Source: Minisyncoccota bacterium | Lineage (GTDB): Bacteria; Patescibacteriota; Minisyncoccia; Phycocordibacterales; UBA5272 | Direction of reading: 5' to 3' | Assembly (NCBI GenBank): GCA_041651055.1 | Contig: JBAZJW010000003.1 | Span: 18,089-82,088 of the forward strand | Length of the DNA stretch: 64,000 nucleotides | Shown: in pieces, positions 20,059-28,725 of the stretch | How positions within the stretch are numbered: the first letter of the stretch is position 1 | How the letters are laid out: every line of letters starts with the position of its first letter | Notes under the pieces: generated by a model | What the model was told of the DNA's origin: nothing | Seen by the model: only the letters and a program-made list of their open reading frames with translations | Databases searched by the model: none | Position numbers and translations under genes: made by a program

Positions 20059-21819
20059 TTACTCTTTAATTAGATTGAAGAAGGTTTGGGGGAGTAGGGA
20101 TAAGTGGGATATTATCTTGAAGTTCCTGCGTTGAGGACCGAGGATGTCGTTGTAGTCCTTGATAACTCTCTCTCTCATTGAAGCGTCTGATTGAATGTAA
20201 GCAATTCCATAGATTGAGATGCCTGAGCGGTGAGCTATCTTGGATTGCTCAATGGCTTCCTGCTTGTCTGATGCTATGCCGTCAGAAATGAAGAGGATGC
20301 GTTTTATGTTATTGGCTTTGCATCTTGTAATGGCAGTCCCAAGGGCTCGTCCAAGAGGGGTGAGTTTGTCAGCGTCAAAGCCTCCAAGCAAGGCACGGGT
20401 TTGGTCTGTGAATCGTTCTGTTCGTTCCTTTACCATGCGGATCTGATCCTTGTGTCCAAAGTATAGCATCTCGTATTTAATCTTGGTTGTGGTGAGGGCT
20501 TCACATATTATTGCTAGTGACATTATGTATTGGTTCTCGTATTGGGAGACGCTTCCTGAGTTGTCCACTAATATGTATAAGTCGGTTTTGTTTGAGATGC
20601 GTTCTTCATTGTTGAAGTATTTGTCGGAGCAGGAGATGTAGGCTTCAGGGTCGAAGTCTTCTCCTTCAGTGTCTAAGTGCTCATCCCAGCCAATGGTCCA
20701 CTTCTTGAGACGCTGCTTCATGTCAAGGGTTTCGCGTTGGACTGCTCCCTTCAATGTGTTGTATCTGCCGATGTCTGAGGAATTGGAGCGGATTATTGGT
20801 GTCTTGGCTATCTTCATCTGTTGTGTGTATTGGTCGCATAGTGATTTGAATTCTACCTTGAGTTCTTCTGTTGGGGAGGTTTCATCGGAGTCTATTTGTT
20901 GCAGGATCTTTTCGACTGCTTCAAGGCTTCCTCTTATTGATGCTTCGGATGTTTGTATCTTTTGTCCAGGAGTTGTGTTAGTATCAAGTTCTCCAGGTGC
21001 TTGGATATAGACCATGTTCAAGCCTTGGGAGTTTGGGTCGAGTTCTTGAGAGGTTGATCCATTCTCTTTCCTTTCATTGTATTGGTCTCTGAAATCGGGT
21101 TCATCTGGGAATAGTTTGGAGAACTTGAATGTGGACTCTATTGCTTGGTCTGTGGTCTCGATGTCTTGGAATTCAGGTATCAATGCTTTTAGTTGTGTTA
21201 GGAGTTCAGGTGAGAGTTTTTCATACATTGGGTTGGTGTCTCTTTCAGTGTCTTTGGATATGGAGCGGAGAGAGTCGAGGATGTAGAGTCCTGCGATTCT
21301 AACAGTTGAGAGAGAGTGCTTTAATCTTGTGTATTCCTTTGCGTTCTTCTTCAAGTAGTATTGGTCTCTGAAGCGTTGTTCTCTGTAGTAGCCTGTGTAA
21401 GTGCGAAGACTGATTTTTTCTATGCGGTAATCTTCTAAGGCATTGAATAATTGGAAGATGAATTTGTCTTTGGCGTGTTCTTTTGGCAGTATGTCAGGGT
21501 TTATGTGGGGTGTGTGCCAGATGTGGAGTGATTCATGGAAAGTCTCAAAGCGGAAGAGTCTCCATATATTGAAGTCTTGGGTTAGATCGCCTGAAAACAT
21601 TGGGAGTTGAGGAATGAGAATTGTGCCTCTGCTGTCTTTAGTAATTAGTGTGGAGAATCCTTTGTTTGTGAGTGAGGTGATTATATGAGTATTCTTGCAT
21701 TTGGACCATACACGAGCCAAATGATTCAAGTGATCTACTCTTACATCATTGGTATAAGTGGTTTGAATAGATTGCTGTTGAGACATATTATCAATGTCGT
21801 CTGGAGTTGGTTGTTTCAT
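20059..21819 (-). CDS. von Willebrand factor A (vWA) domain protein, CoxE/NorD-like
   Basis: C-terminal MIDAS: LYILVDNSGSV (DxSxS)...TPLGRAL...ILFISDG; long N-terminal extension. Confidence 0.6.
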   Translation of the reverse strand: MKQPTPDDIDNMSQQQSIQTTYTNDVRVDHLNHLARVWSKCKNTHIITSLTNKGFSTLITKDSRGTILIPQLPMFSGDLTQDFNIWRLFRFETFHESLHIWHTPHINPDILPKEHAKDKFIFQLFNALEDYRIEKISLRTYTGYYREQRFRDQYYLKKNAKEYTRLKHSLSTVRIAGLYILDSLRSISKDTERDTNPMYEKLSPELLTQLKALIPEFQDIETTDQAIESTFKFSKLFPDEPDFRDQYNERKENGSTSQELDPNSQGLNMVYIQAPGELDTNTTPGQKIQTSEASIRGSLEAVEKILQQIDSDETSPTEELKVEFKSLCDQYTQQMKIAKTPIIRSNSSDIGRYNTLKGAVQRETLDMKQRLKKWTIGWDEHLDTEGEDFDPEAYISCSDKYFNNEERISNKTDLYILVDNSGSVSQYENQYIMSLAIICEALTTTKIKYEMLYFGHKDQIRMVKERTERFTDQTRALLGGFDADKLTPLGRALGTAITRCKANNIKRILFISDGIASDKQEAIEQSKIAHRSGISIYGIAYIQSDASMRERVIKDYNDILGPQRRNFKIISHLSLLPQTFFNLIKE

Positions 21820-21961
21820 AGTCTCACTCTTATTCTTTGTTTAACTGGTTTGCATTTATGCTCTTTCATCTCTCTTGGAGTTGGATTTAATAGTAATAAC
21901 CCACATGACTTACATTTCCAGTTTACTCCAATTGTTAGTTGTTTCATCTTGCTCCTAAGTG

Positions 21962-22216
21962 TTATAACTCTAAAAGTAACTTTGCATCATTATTCCATGT
22001 TCCATCTTTGTTCTCACGCCATGACATGTCTATAAACAAATTCTTCAAGTCCAGAATGTAAGCAGATTTGTAGTGATGATTTGAGAGTTCTATGGCGATG
22101 GCTTCTGCTATTCCAGCAGTTTCAGGTTGTCCTCTTCTTTGATATATGTCTCTTTTATCTTCCATTGATTTGATATAATATATCTGGGCTTCTTTGTATT
22201 CATCCATTGTAATCAC
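21962..22216 (-). CDS. hypothetical protein
   Basis: between AAA+ and vWA genes. Confidence 0.3.
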   Translation of the reverse strand: MITMDEYKEAQIYYIKSMEDKRDIYQRRGQPETAGIAEAIAIELSNHHYKSAYILDLKNLFIDMSWRENKDGTWNNDAKLLLEL

Positions 22217-22437
22217 TCCAATTTGATCTTACCTTGTTTGTATTGATGATATAATCTGACAACCAATCCTTTGTCTCTTATAGCGATTACTTGATTGTAG
22301 GAGCGATCTATGAATTTGGAGATTAATTCTAAGACAGTGAACCATGTGAGCATTATTCCAAGTAGGGATATACAGAGACAATCCAGGAAACCAAGGATTA
22401 TCAGTGTATAGTAAATTGATTCGAGTATTGGGATCAT
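22213..22437 (-). CDS. small membrane protein
   Basis: two TM helices. Confidence 0.3.
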   Translation of the reverse strand: MIPILESIYYTLIILGFLDCLCISLLGIMLTWFTVLELISKFIDRSYNQVIAIRDKGLVVRLYHQYKQGKIKLE

Positions 22438-22679
22438 TCTAATTTCCTCTTTACATATTCAGCTCTTGCTCTTTGTTCCAGTTCTTCTGCTTTGGAGAGA
22501 TCGAAGTTGAAGTATTCGAAGGCGGCTAGTATTTGAACTAGGGATTGAACTACTGCTTCTTCCACTTCTTTTTGTGTTGTCAGTTCATGTGAGCAGCATC
22601 CGCAGCCAGTTGATCTGGCACTGAATCCTTCTTCATCTATTTTGTTATCTTTATTAGACCAGAAACTCATTAGTCCCAT
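22434..22679 (-). CDS. hypothetical protein
   Basis: CGCCSHE. Confidence 0.3.
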   Translation of the reverse strand: MGLMSFWSNKDNKIDEEGFSARSTGCGCCSHELTTQKEVEEAVVQSLVQILAAFEYFNFDLSKAEELEQRARAEYVKRKLE

Positions 22680-22866
22680 TTTAGTTTTTATTTTTTATTC
22701 TCTTTGGACAATGATCTATATCGCAGAGACATAATACACCTGGGCCTTCATGTCTTGCATAGCATATTGCAGCTTCCATTGTCTCATTTTTGTTGTGTAT
22801 GATTTCTCTTGAAAGACAATCCTCATTTGAGGTGCTTATTATCCAAGTTAGTCCCATTTTGCTTGT

Positions 22867-23886
22867 TTAGATTGTAATGTCGTCCGCTTTAACTTTTTGC
22901 TCTTCATAGCAGCCAAGGGAATGTGCAAGCGTTTTAAGGTTATCCATGTGGAAGGTTCCCCATTGTCTCATAGCATTAATCAATGTAAGATCAATGGTTT
23001 CGGTCAATGAGTAGCCGCTGTTTAGTAGGTGGGCTGCTGTGATTGATTCTCTTGTGGTGGGGCGGTATGGGTATTCGTCTGTGCTTCTAATGTTCTCGAA
23101 TAGCTTCAATACCTTAAGCAAGTCATCGCGGTGTTGTGATTCTAGTGTCAGCTTTCTTTCGACTATTTTGAGTTCGGTGAAGGCTGGGGGATAGTTGTAG
23201 ACTAGGCGTGCTGAGAATCGTGAGAGTATTTGTTGGGGTAGTTCCTTTGCTCCAGGGCAGTCAAGGGGATTGATTGAGGCGGTGAAAAACCAGGAGGGTT
23301 TAGCGTGTATTGTTAGTCCTTCATAGTTGAGTTCTCGTCTGTCGTCTAGGCATTCATTTAAGCGGATTAGGACATCTGGCTCGGATTGATTGATTTCATC
23401 TAGCATTAAGATTGAGCCTTCTTCCATTGAGAGGGGGAGTGGTCCTTTTTTCCAGTTGATGTTTCCGTCCTGTAAATCCAAGCGTCCAAGTAAATGCTGT
23501 TCTCTGCAGCGTAGTGAGAGGTTTAGTGAGTGTATGTTTTGGTTGTATTTTTCTGCCATTAGTAGAATAGAGATCGTCTTGCCACAACCAGGGGGGCCAA
23601 TGAGTAGGGGGTTGATTCCTTTTTCATACAAGTGGCATAGTTTTCTGAAATTGCCTTCCCAGTCGTAGAATTTGCCTCCGCTTAGGTCTTTGAGTATCCA
23701 GATTGCTCCAGAACGTATTATGATATCCTTCTGTTTTAGTGAGTCTAGTGCAGGGTAGATGTTTTGTATGGTGAGCGGTTCTGGGAGATTTAGGGGTTTG
23801 CTCCATTCTATGAGTTCTGTGGGTGAGCCTTTCTTGTGTTGGTCCAGTATTGATACCAGTATTCCTTCTATTTGTGCTTTATCCAT
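22867..23886 (-). CDS. MoxR-like (AAA_5) AAA+ ATPase
   Basis: Walker A LLIGPPGCGKT, Walker B ILMLDEINQ, sensor ..FFTASINP; partner of the downstream vWA protein. Confidence 0.6.
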   Translation of the reverse strand: MDKAQIEGILVSILDQHKKGSPTELIEWSKPLNLPEPLTIQNIYPALDSLKQKDIIIRSGAIWILKDLSGGKFYDWEGNFRKLCHLYEKGINPLLIGPPGCGKTISILLMAEKYNQNIHSLNLSLRCREQHLLGRLDLQDGNINWKKGPLPLSMEEGSILMLDEINQSEPDVLIRLNECLDDRRELNYEGLTIHAKPSWFFTASINPLDCPGAKELPQQILSRFSARLVYNYPPAFTELKIVERKLTLESQHRDDLLKVLKLFENIRSTDEYPYRPTTRESITAAHLLNSGYSLTETIDLTLINAMRQWGTFHMDNLKTLAHSLGCYEEQKVKADDITI

Positions 23887-23898
23887 TTTGCTTTAGCT

Positions 23899-24273
23899 TT
23901 AGAGTTGTTTTCTTTTTTCATGTATCTTTAATGATTCGCTTGGGTTTTGTTGTAGGAATGTCTTCCACTGATCGTATGTGTATGTAATTCCTTTGTAGTA
24001 TACTGATATGATTTCTCCACTTCCTTTGCATGTGAATTGGGGAAGTTCCAGGCCATCAGCTAATGTTGTGTTGTCTATTTCTAGTTCTTGTTTTAGTTGG
24101 GTTGATATTATTTCTTGTCGTAGTTCTTCGCATATTGTTTGTATGTTAGTATAGTCTGATAAGGAGATATCTATTCCTAGATACATATCTCCATAAGTTG
24201 ACATTTCATCAAGAATTAGATCCACTATTTTTGTCAGAGAATTTATATTGACTTTTATTGTTTGATTTTCCAT
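23899..24273 (-). CDS. hypothetical protein
   Basis: ORF in array. Confidence 0.3.
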   Translation of the reverse strand: MENQTIKVNINSLTKIVDLILDEMSTYGDMYLGIDISLSDYTNIQTICEELRQEIISTQLKQELEIDNTTLADGLELPQFTCKGSGEIISVYYKGITYTYDQWKTFLQQNPSESLKIHEKRKQL

Positions 24274-24429
24274 CTTGCTTTCACTTTATTTGATGATTTC
24301 ACTTTCCTCTTTTGCTTTGGAGAATCAGAGGAATGCAATAAAAAAATTGGACATAGACCCCCTATCCTTTTTAGGGGAATAGGGGTGGTGTATACCTGTC
24401 TGTGTCCGTCGTAATGGGGGATTATTAAT

Positions 24430-24684
24430 TCACATCCGGTGCTTAAATAGTAAATTACGTAGTCGCTGTAATCGTGTTTTCATGTCGTGGTGTGTCGTGG
24501 GTTTAAGGGGCTTTAGGGTGCTATCTACTTTGTCTTGGGTGATTCTCCAGATACCGCAGTAGCATAGCCAGGAAGTGCCATCCCATTCCACTTCACCTGT
24601 TTTTAGCGATATGTATGTGGCTTGCTGAAGGGGGCACTTGTGGATGGGACAGTTTGGGACTTTAATAGGGGTTGATGAGATCAT
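24430..24684 (-). CDS. zinc-ribbon protein
   Basis: CPIHKCPL...CYCG. Confidence 0.3.
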   Translation of the reverse strand: MISSTPIKVPNCPIHKCPLQQATYISLKTGEVEWDGTSWLCYCGIWRITQDKVDSTLKPLKPTTHHDMKTRLQRLRNLLFKHRM

Positions 24685-24689
24685 AAGAA

Positions 24690-24887
24690 TTAGATGTGGA
24701 TTCCTGTATCGCTCATCTTCTCAAAGTCTTCTTCACTGATTGAGTTGGATTCAGTTGTGTTTAGACCTACTGGATCCTCTCCTATGTCTTCGTCAATGAT
24801 TATGTAATCAATGGGTTCAGTGCTTTCAACAGCACATACACAGCCCCCTTGGACTTGTATCACTACTTTTGGTTTTTGTGTGGTCAT
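24690..24887 (-). CDS. hypothetical protein
   Basis: ORF in array. Confidence 0.3.
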   Translation of the reverse strand: MTTQKPKVVIQVQGGCVCAVESTEPIDYIIIDEDIGEDPVGLNTTESNSISEEDFEKMSDTGIHI

Positions 24888-25105
24888 TTTGTTTGATTTT
24901 TTATAAGATATTCCCTGATAAGAGATCTAAGTTGTGGAACTCCAATACTGTTTAATTCTCCTGTCTTTATCCATTGTAGAAGACCAACAGTTCCATGCAT
25001 GAATGTGTGGAATGGATCAACATTATGATATACCTGATGATTTCTTTGTCTATACTCAATGATAACTCTTTGAGCTATATCTACTCTATTTTCTATGGTT
25101 GTCAT
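24884..25105 (-). CDS. hypothetical protein
   Basis: ORF in array. Confidence 0.3.
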   Translation of the reverse strand: MTTIENRVDIAQRVIIEYRQRNHQVYHNVDPFHTFMHGTVGLLQWIKTGELNSIGVPQLRSLIREYLIKNQTK

Positions 25106-25107
25106 CT

Positions 25108-25323
25108 TCAGTGTTCACTTATGTTTATGCGAGATAAGATATCTGATTCTCCATCATCTCTGCCTCTTCCATAATATGTTTGCTTAAGGTCAATGAGAAC
25201 ATCATACAATTGTTCATCAGTGGTTGCTTCTTTGATTTGTTTCAAGTAATCCTGCACTTCAAGCTCATCTTCAACACGTTGCAGCCTTACTTTCTCTTTG
25301 TGATACTCTTCAAATGTAGCCAT
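25108..25323 (-). CDS. hypothetical protein
   Basis: ORF in array. Confidence 0.3.
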   Translation of the reverse strand: MATFEEYHKEKVRLQRVEDELEVQDYLKQIKEATTDEQLYDVLIDLKQTYYGRGRDDGESDILSRINISEH

Positions 25324-25640
25324 GTTAAGAAATTATAAGGAGGCTGGTGTGAGGAATTAGCTCACATCTGCTTCATCAGTTGTTTTAATCACTTTCGGAA
25401 GCTGTCTTACACGGATTCTTCAAGGGTGAAAGGTATGAAGGTACCATTTGCTTGAAGTTCCCCATTAGACGAACCAGCCATCTTTACATATTTGATTTTA
25501 ATATTAATCTACATCAATACTACTCAAAAACACCTAATTTTATCAAATTCTGAAACGGAACCATATTTACAATGCTTGCATATCCAATCGTCAATCTTAC
25601 TCATCGTTCATTCCCTCCTTTGCAATCTGTCTCTAATGTT

Positions 25641-25745
25641 TCCCCATGTTGGGAATCGAACCCACACCCCAGGGTAATATTACCTCCCCAAAGGCTCCAT
25701 TCCAGGACTAGGGGATTTCGATCCATTTATGCTAGCTCGGCTTTG
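25641..25745 (-). tRNA. tRNA-like element (possible intron-containing tRNA or tRNA 3' fragment)
   Basis: - strand reads GTGGG-TTCGATT-CCCAA (canonical T-arm) followed by CATGGGG-A acceptor 3' strand (plus 25641-25665); no clean 5' acceptor partner found by eye; internal perfect palindrome GGTAATATTACC (25672-25683). Confidence 0.3.
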
Positions 25746-25873
25746 GCTTCCATTATATCTCGTTCTTCTATCTTTTTGCCTAGCAATTCCTTCGCTTTTT
25801 TAATTGCCTCTTGCTCGCTCTCTGCCTCAACCGTAGGGCAGACCGTTATATAAACATTGTAGTCCATTTTGAA

Positions 25874-26041
25874 TCTTATTAAGTGTTATATCCGCAGTCA
25901 TAGCATACAAGATCTTTATATTCTCCTTCCATAGTACATACATCGGTGTTCTGAGAACCGCATCTAGGGCATTTATCGCCCTTCCTTTGCTTCTGCTCAG
26001 CCGTTGAATCTGGATAGGTTTTATAACAATGCTTTTTGTTC
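25874..26041 (-). CDS. small zinc-ribbon protein (~55 aa; coordinates approximate)
   Basis: MMNKKHCYKTYPDS...KCPRCGSQNTDVC...CYDCGYNT; preceded by variant linker; below 60-aa ORF track cutoff. Confidence 0.3.
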
Positions 26042-26056
26042 ATCATTCATCCCCTC

Positions 26057-26263
26057 CTAATGGTTTATTGCTTGGGTTAGGTCTTGTTCTGAAATTATAT
26101 TTCCTTTATCATCGCTAACTACAAGAAAAACCGCTTTTATCGTTTTAAGATACTCACAGGTTAAAGTTCCTTCTACACAGAACTTATACCAAAACTCAGC
26201 CTCAGTTGCCTTCAACATTGATATTTTCCCATCTTTATAATTAATTCTCAGTTTTACAGTCAT
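26057..26263 (-). CDS. hypothetical small protein
   Basis: linker-preceded ORF. Confidence 0.4.
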   Translation of the reverse strand: MTVKLRINYKDGKISMLKATEAEFWYKFCVEGTLTCEYLKTIKAVFLVVSDDKGNIISEQDLTQAINH

Positions 26264-26266
26264 CGT

Positions 26267-26635
26267 TCATTCCCTCCTTTTAATCTCTGTCTCTTTCGAT
26301 TTTTCTTCTATTGGCTTATAATCCGGGCAATCCGACATCTCGCCATAACAATAGAAAAAGCATTGTTCTTGTATTTCACTACTTGGATTATGACACCAAT
26401 CGCCATGTAAAAACTTGCAGTCGGGACAGATACATGCAAGAGTGCCCTTTTCAATAACTCCCACCCCCTTCAAACGAGCAATCTCCTGGTCCTTCTCTTT
26501 GTGGTCTGGAAAGTAATGGTCCTCAACGCAGGACATACAACAAAAAACATACTCGTCCCCATCCGCTTCTATCACTCTGATTGCATCAAAAGAGCTAAAC
26601 ACGCCCTTGCAAGCCTCACAACCAAGTTTAGTCAT
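26267..26635 (-). CDS. Cys-rich zinc-binding protein
   Basis: CEACKG...CCMSC...CICPDCKF; ends ..EIKRRE* inside linker. Confidence 0.45.
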   Translation of the reverse strand: MTKLGCEACKGVFSSFDAIRVIEADGDEYVFCCMSCVEDHYFPDHKEKDQEIARLKGVGVIEKGTLACICPDCKFLHGDWCHNPSSEIQEQCFFYCYGEMSDCPDYKPIEEKSKETEIKRRE

Positions 26636-26638
26636 CGT

Positions 26639-26845
26639 TCATTCCCTCCTTTTTTCTCTGTCTCTTTCGATTATTTTTTTTGTTTTGTCAAGGAAAACCT
26701 CGAGAGCCGCATCCTTGACCTTCTGGTACTCAGCCAATGCCGGAGCCTCGACCTTCTGGTACTCAGCCCAGAAAACTAATACCTCTTTCTCGTTCCTCTT
26801 GATCGCATTAAGATTTTCCTTAGAAAAAACCATATTATAGCTCAT
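26639..26845 (-). CDS. hypothetical small protein with internal tandem duplication
   Basis: AEYQKVEAPALAEYQKVKDAAL from a ~30-nt tandem duplication (26715-26775); ends ..EKRRE* inside linker. Confidence 0.45.
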   Translation of the reverse strand: MSYNMVFSKENLNAIKRNEKEVLVFWAEYQKVEAPALAEYQKVKDAALEVFLDKTKKIIERDREKRRE

Positions 26846-26869
26846 CGTTCATTCCCTCCTTTTAACTGT

Positions 26870-27025
26870 TTCTAATGATTTATTCTCGTAGCCCTGCGCA
26901 CGTTTCAGAATGGCTTTATATTCCTTGTCTGTATACTGCCGTCCGCATCTGGGGCATTCTCCGATCCGGGGGTCGAAGTCGCTTTCTTCAAGCAAAACCT
27001 TACACCTTGTGCAATATGCGTCCAT
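26870..27025 (-). CDS. small zinc-ribbon protein (51 aa)
   Basis: MDAYCTRCKV...ECPRCGRQY...; stop codon TAG at 26870-72; start ATG overlaps stop of upstream gene (TAATG); below ORF-track cutoff. Confidence 0.4.
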
Positions 27026-27351
27026 TATCCTTTATGACCCTCTGTCTCTTTCGATTCTTTCCATTTTAACCCGGCACAGCTAATAATGTCCTTTGCCTGA
27101 ATCAAGTCATGATATAGCCGTGCGTTCTCGGCTTTCAGTTCCGCTATTTCTCCCTTCATCCTTGCAGCTTCAATATAACATGAATCCGCTTTAAGGCTCA
27201 TAATCTCCTGGTCCTTCTTCTTTAGTTCATTTAGAAGGCGTAAACAATCTTTATGGTCCAGTTCTAGTCCTCGGTGATTTAGCGTTCCCTCATAAAGTAA
27301 TTGCTTCCACTCATCCCAATTCTGAGAATTCAAAACTTGTGTTTTGTCCAT
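27025..27351 (-). CDS. coiled-coil protein
   Basis: heptad repeats; C-terminus ..KESKETEGHKG encoded by linker core. Confidence 0.4.
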   Translation of the reverse strand: MDKTQVLNSQNWDEWKQLLYEGTLNHRGLELDHKDCLRLLNELKKKDQEIMSLKADSCYIEAARMKGEIAELKAENARLYHDLIQAKDIISCAGLKWKESKETEGHKG

Positions 27352-27352
27352 G

Positions 27353-27559
27353 TTACTGTTTACCCTCTGTCTCTTTGGGATGGTATTTTCCTGAAACTTC
27401 TATATCCTCTCCTGATAGTCCGTTTGAATCTATCTCAATCTTATAGCGGGCAATTCTTCCAGAGTATAGTTCCATCGTTCCTGAAATTTCGGTCGCCCCA
27501 TCTCGTAGCATTTCCATCACCGCTTCCCCAATCTTGCCCGTCGTGCTAATTGCGCTCAT
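27353..27559 (-). CDS. hypothetical small protein, first gene of linker array
   Basis: preceded by SD-ATG half of linker; ends ..KETEGKQ. Confidence 0.4.
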   Translation of the reverse strand: MSAISTTGKIGEAVMEMLRDGATEISGTMELYSGRIARYKIEIDSNGLSGEDIEVSGKYHPKETEGKQ

Positions 27560-27827
27560 CGTTCATTCCCTCCTTGAACAAGCGATCAAACGAATATTAA
27601 AAAACTTACAAAAAGAAGGGAAGGTAGATGTAATAGAAGATAAAAGCCATGTCGTATTACTTAGAAAATAGGACTCAATTATATGTAAAAAGAAAAATAA
27701 TCACCAGTTAATCGCTTTAAGTTTCGCTGTTTTCTGGGGTTTTTTATACTTGGCGTAAAAGTCTTCCCCAACTTGTTTCAACTTACCTAAAACCTCCTTC
27801 TCTCTTTCTTTCACCTTTAGGGGAGCA

Positions 27828-28091
27828 TCATATCTTTTCATTTTTCAATACATCATTCAAAAGTTCTTTTCTTATCTTGCTATGCCTAGCGTTTTCTTCT
27901 TCATATTTTTTATGGATTTTTTCCATTAGCTCAGATTCATCATAATGTCTTCCTGTCTCTTTTGACAAGCATTCAAATAAAAGCAAATCAGAAAGAGATT
28001 TGTCATGATTGCATATGGAACATCTGTATTCAAAGGGATTAACTCTTATGCTTTCTGTATCAGTGTTGCAGATGGAGCAAGGGGTTTTCAT
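27828..28091 (-). CDS. zinc-ribbon protein
   Basis: CSICN...CSICNHD. Confidence 0.35.
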   Translation of the reverse strand: MKTPCSICNTDTESIRVNPFEYRCSICNHDKSLSDLLLFECLSKETGRHYDESELMEKIHKKYEEENARHSKIRKELLNDVLKNEKI

Positions 28092-28321
28092 TCTACAGTA
28101 TCTATTGAAGTTATTTCAACTCCACTGAATTCACGCTCACCATCTTCAATTCTGTTTTCATTTGATATGTCTTTGATGTTCTTTATAACAATATCAAAGG
28201 TGATAGTAGAATCGTCATATAAGTCATCAACTGAATTCCATATAGCATCCATTATCTCTTGAGGATATTGGTCCTTTAGTGAGTCCATAAATGCCTTTAA
28301 CTTAATTGTTGTCTCTTTCAT
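28088..28321 (-). CDS. hypothetical acidic protein
   Basis: ORF in overlapping operon. Confidence 0.3.
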   Translation of the reverse strand: MKETTIKLKAFMDSLKDQYPQEIMDAIWNSVDDLYDDSTITFDIVIKNIKDISNENRIEDGEREFSGVEITSIDTVE

Positions 28322-28725
28322 TGTATATGAGATTGTTCTAAATATTTATGCTCACCATACTCATTCACTTCATCAGTCCTAATGAATTTAAAATAATCAA
28401 CTGGTTTTAATGATGCAAGAATTGGAGCTTCTTCTACTGTCAAACTTAGTTTCCTACTTTTAGGTATTAAAATATAATCTCTAGTAGAATCCAAATATAA
28501 GTAAATTGATAGAGTACAGCCATAACTTTTTTCTTGTTCAAGCTCATCTATTTTCTTACGAATACTTAGAAGATTCTCACTCCAATTTGATACTGAGTCA
28601 AACCACAATATCTTTTGATCTTCACTTAGTTTTAAGTCATCTTTATATTCCTTTTTCAGAATATCTATTTTATTGATTATCAATCGTCTTCTTATAATAT
28701 ATGGATTTGAACTGTCTCCTTTCAT
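28318..28725 (-). CDS. hypothetical protein
   Basis: ORF in overlapping operon. Confidence 0.3.
   Translation of the reverse strand: MKGDSSNPYIIRRRLIINKIDILKKEYKDDLKLSEDQKILWFDSVSNWSENLLSIRKKIDELEQEKSYGCTLSIYLYLDSTRDYILIPKSRKLSLTVEEAPILASLKPVDYFKFIRTDEVNEYGEHKYLEQSHIQ

Larger units (their letters stand above)
25600..27580 (-). repeat. array of a conserved ~41-nt inter-gene linker
   Basis: - strand consensus AATCGAAAGAGACAGAG-N3-AAAAGGAGGGAATGAACGATG. It contains the stop of the upstream gene (GGGAA-TGA, giving the shared ..KRRE* tails), an SD (GGAGGG) and the ATG of the next gene. Copies with the full ATG end at plus 25602-25642 (variant), 26040-26062 (variant), 26261-26305, 26633-26676 and 26843-26880. 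Copy 27556-27575 carries the SD-ATG half only. Partial core copies at 27040-27060 and 27364-27380. Confidence 0.7.

Noticed and set aside
25672-25683. GGTAATATTACC palindrome as a bulge-helix-bulge intron core
   Set aside because: A BHB motif needs two 3-nt bulges flanking a 4-bp helix, and this perfect palindrome does not provide them. It is kept only as part of the tRNA-like element.
25600-27580. CRISPR array hypothesis for the repeated 41-nt element
   Set aside because: Repeats are separated by whole genes of varying length, not uniform spacers. Each copy contains a stop codon, an SD and an ATG, and no palindromic repeat structure is present.
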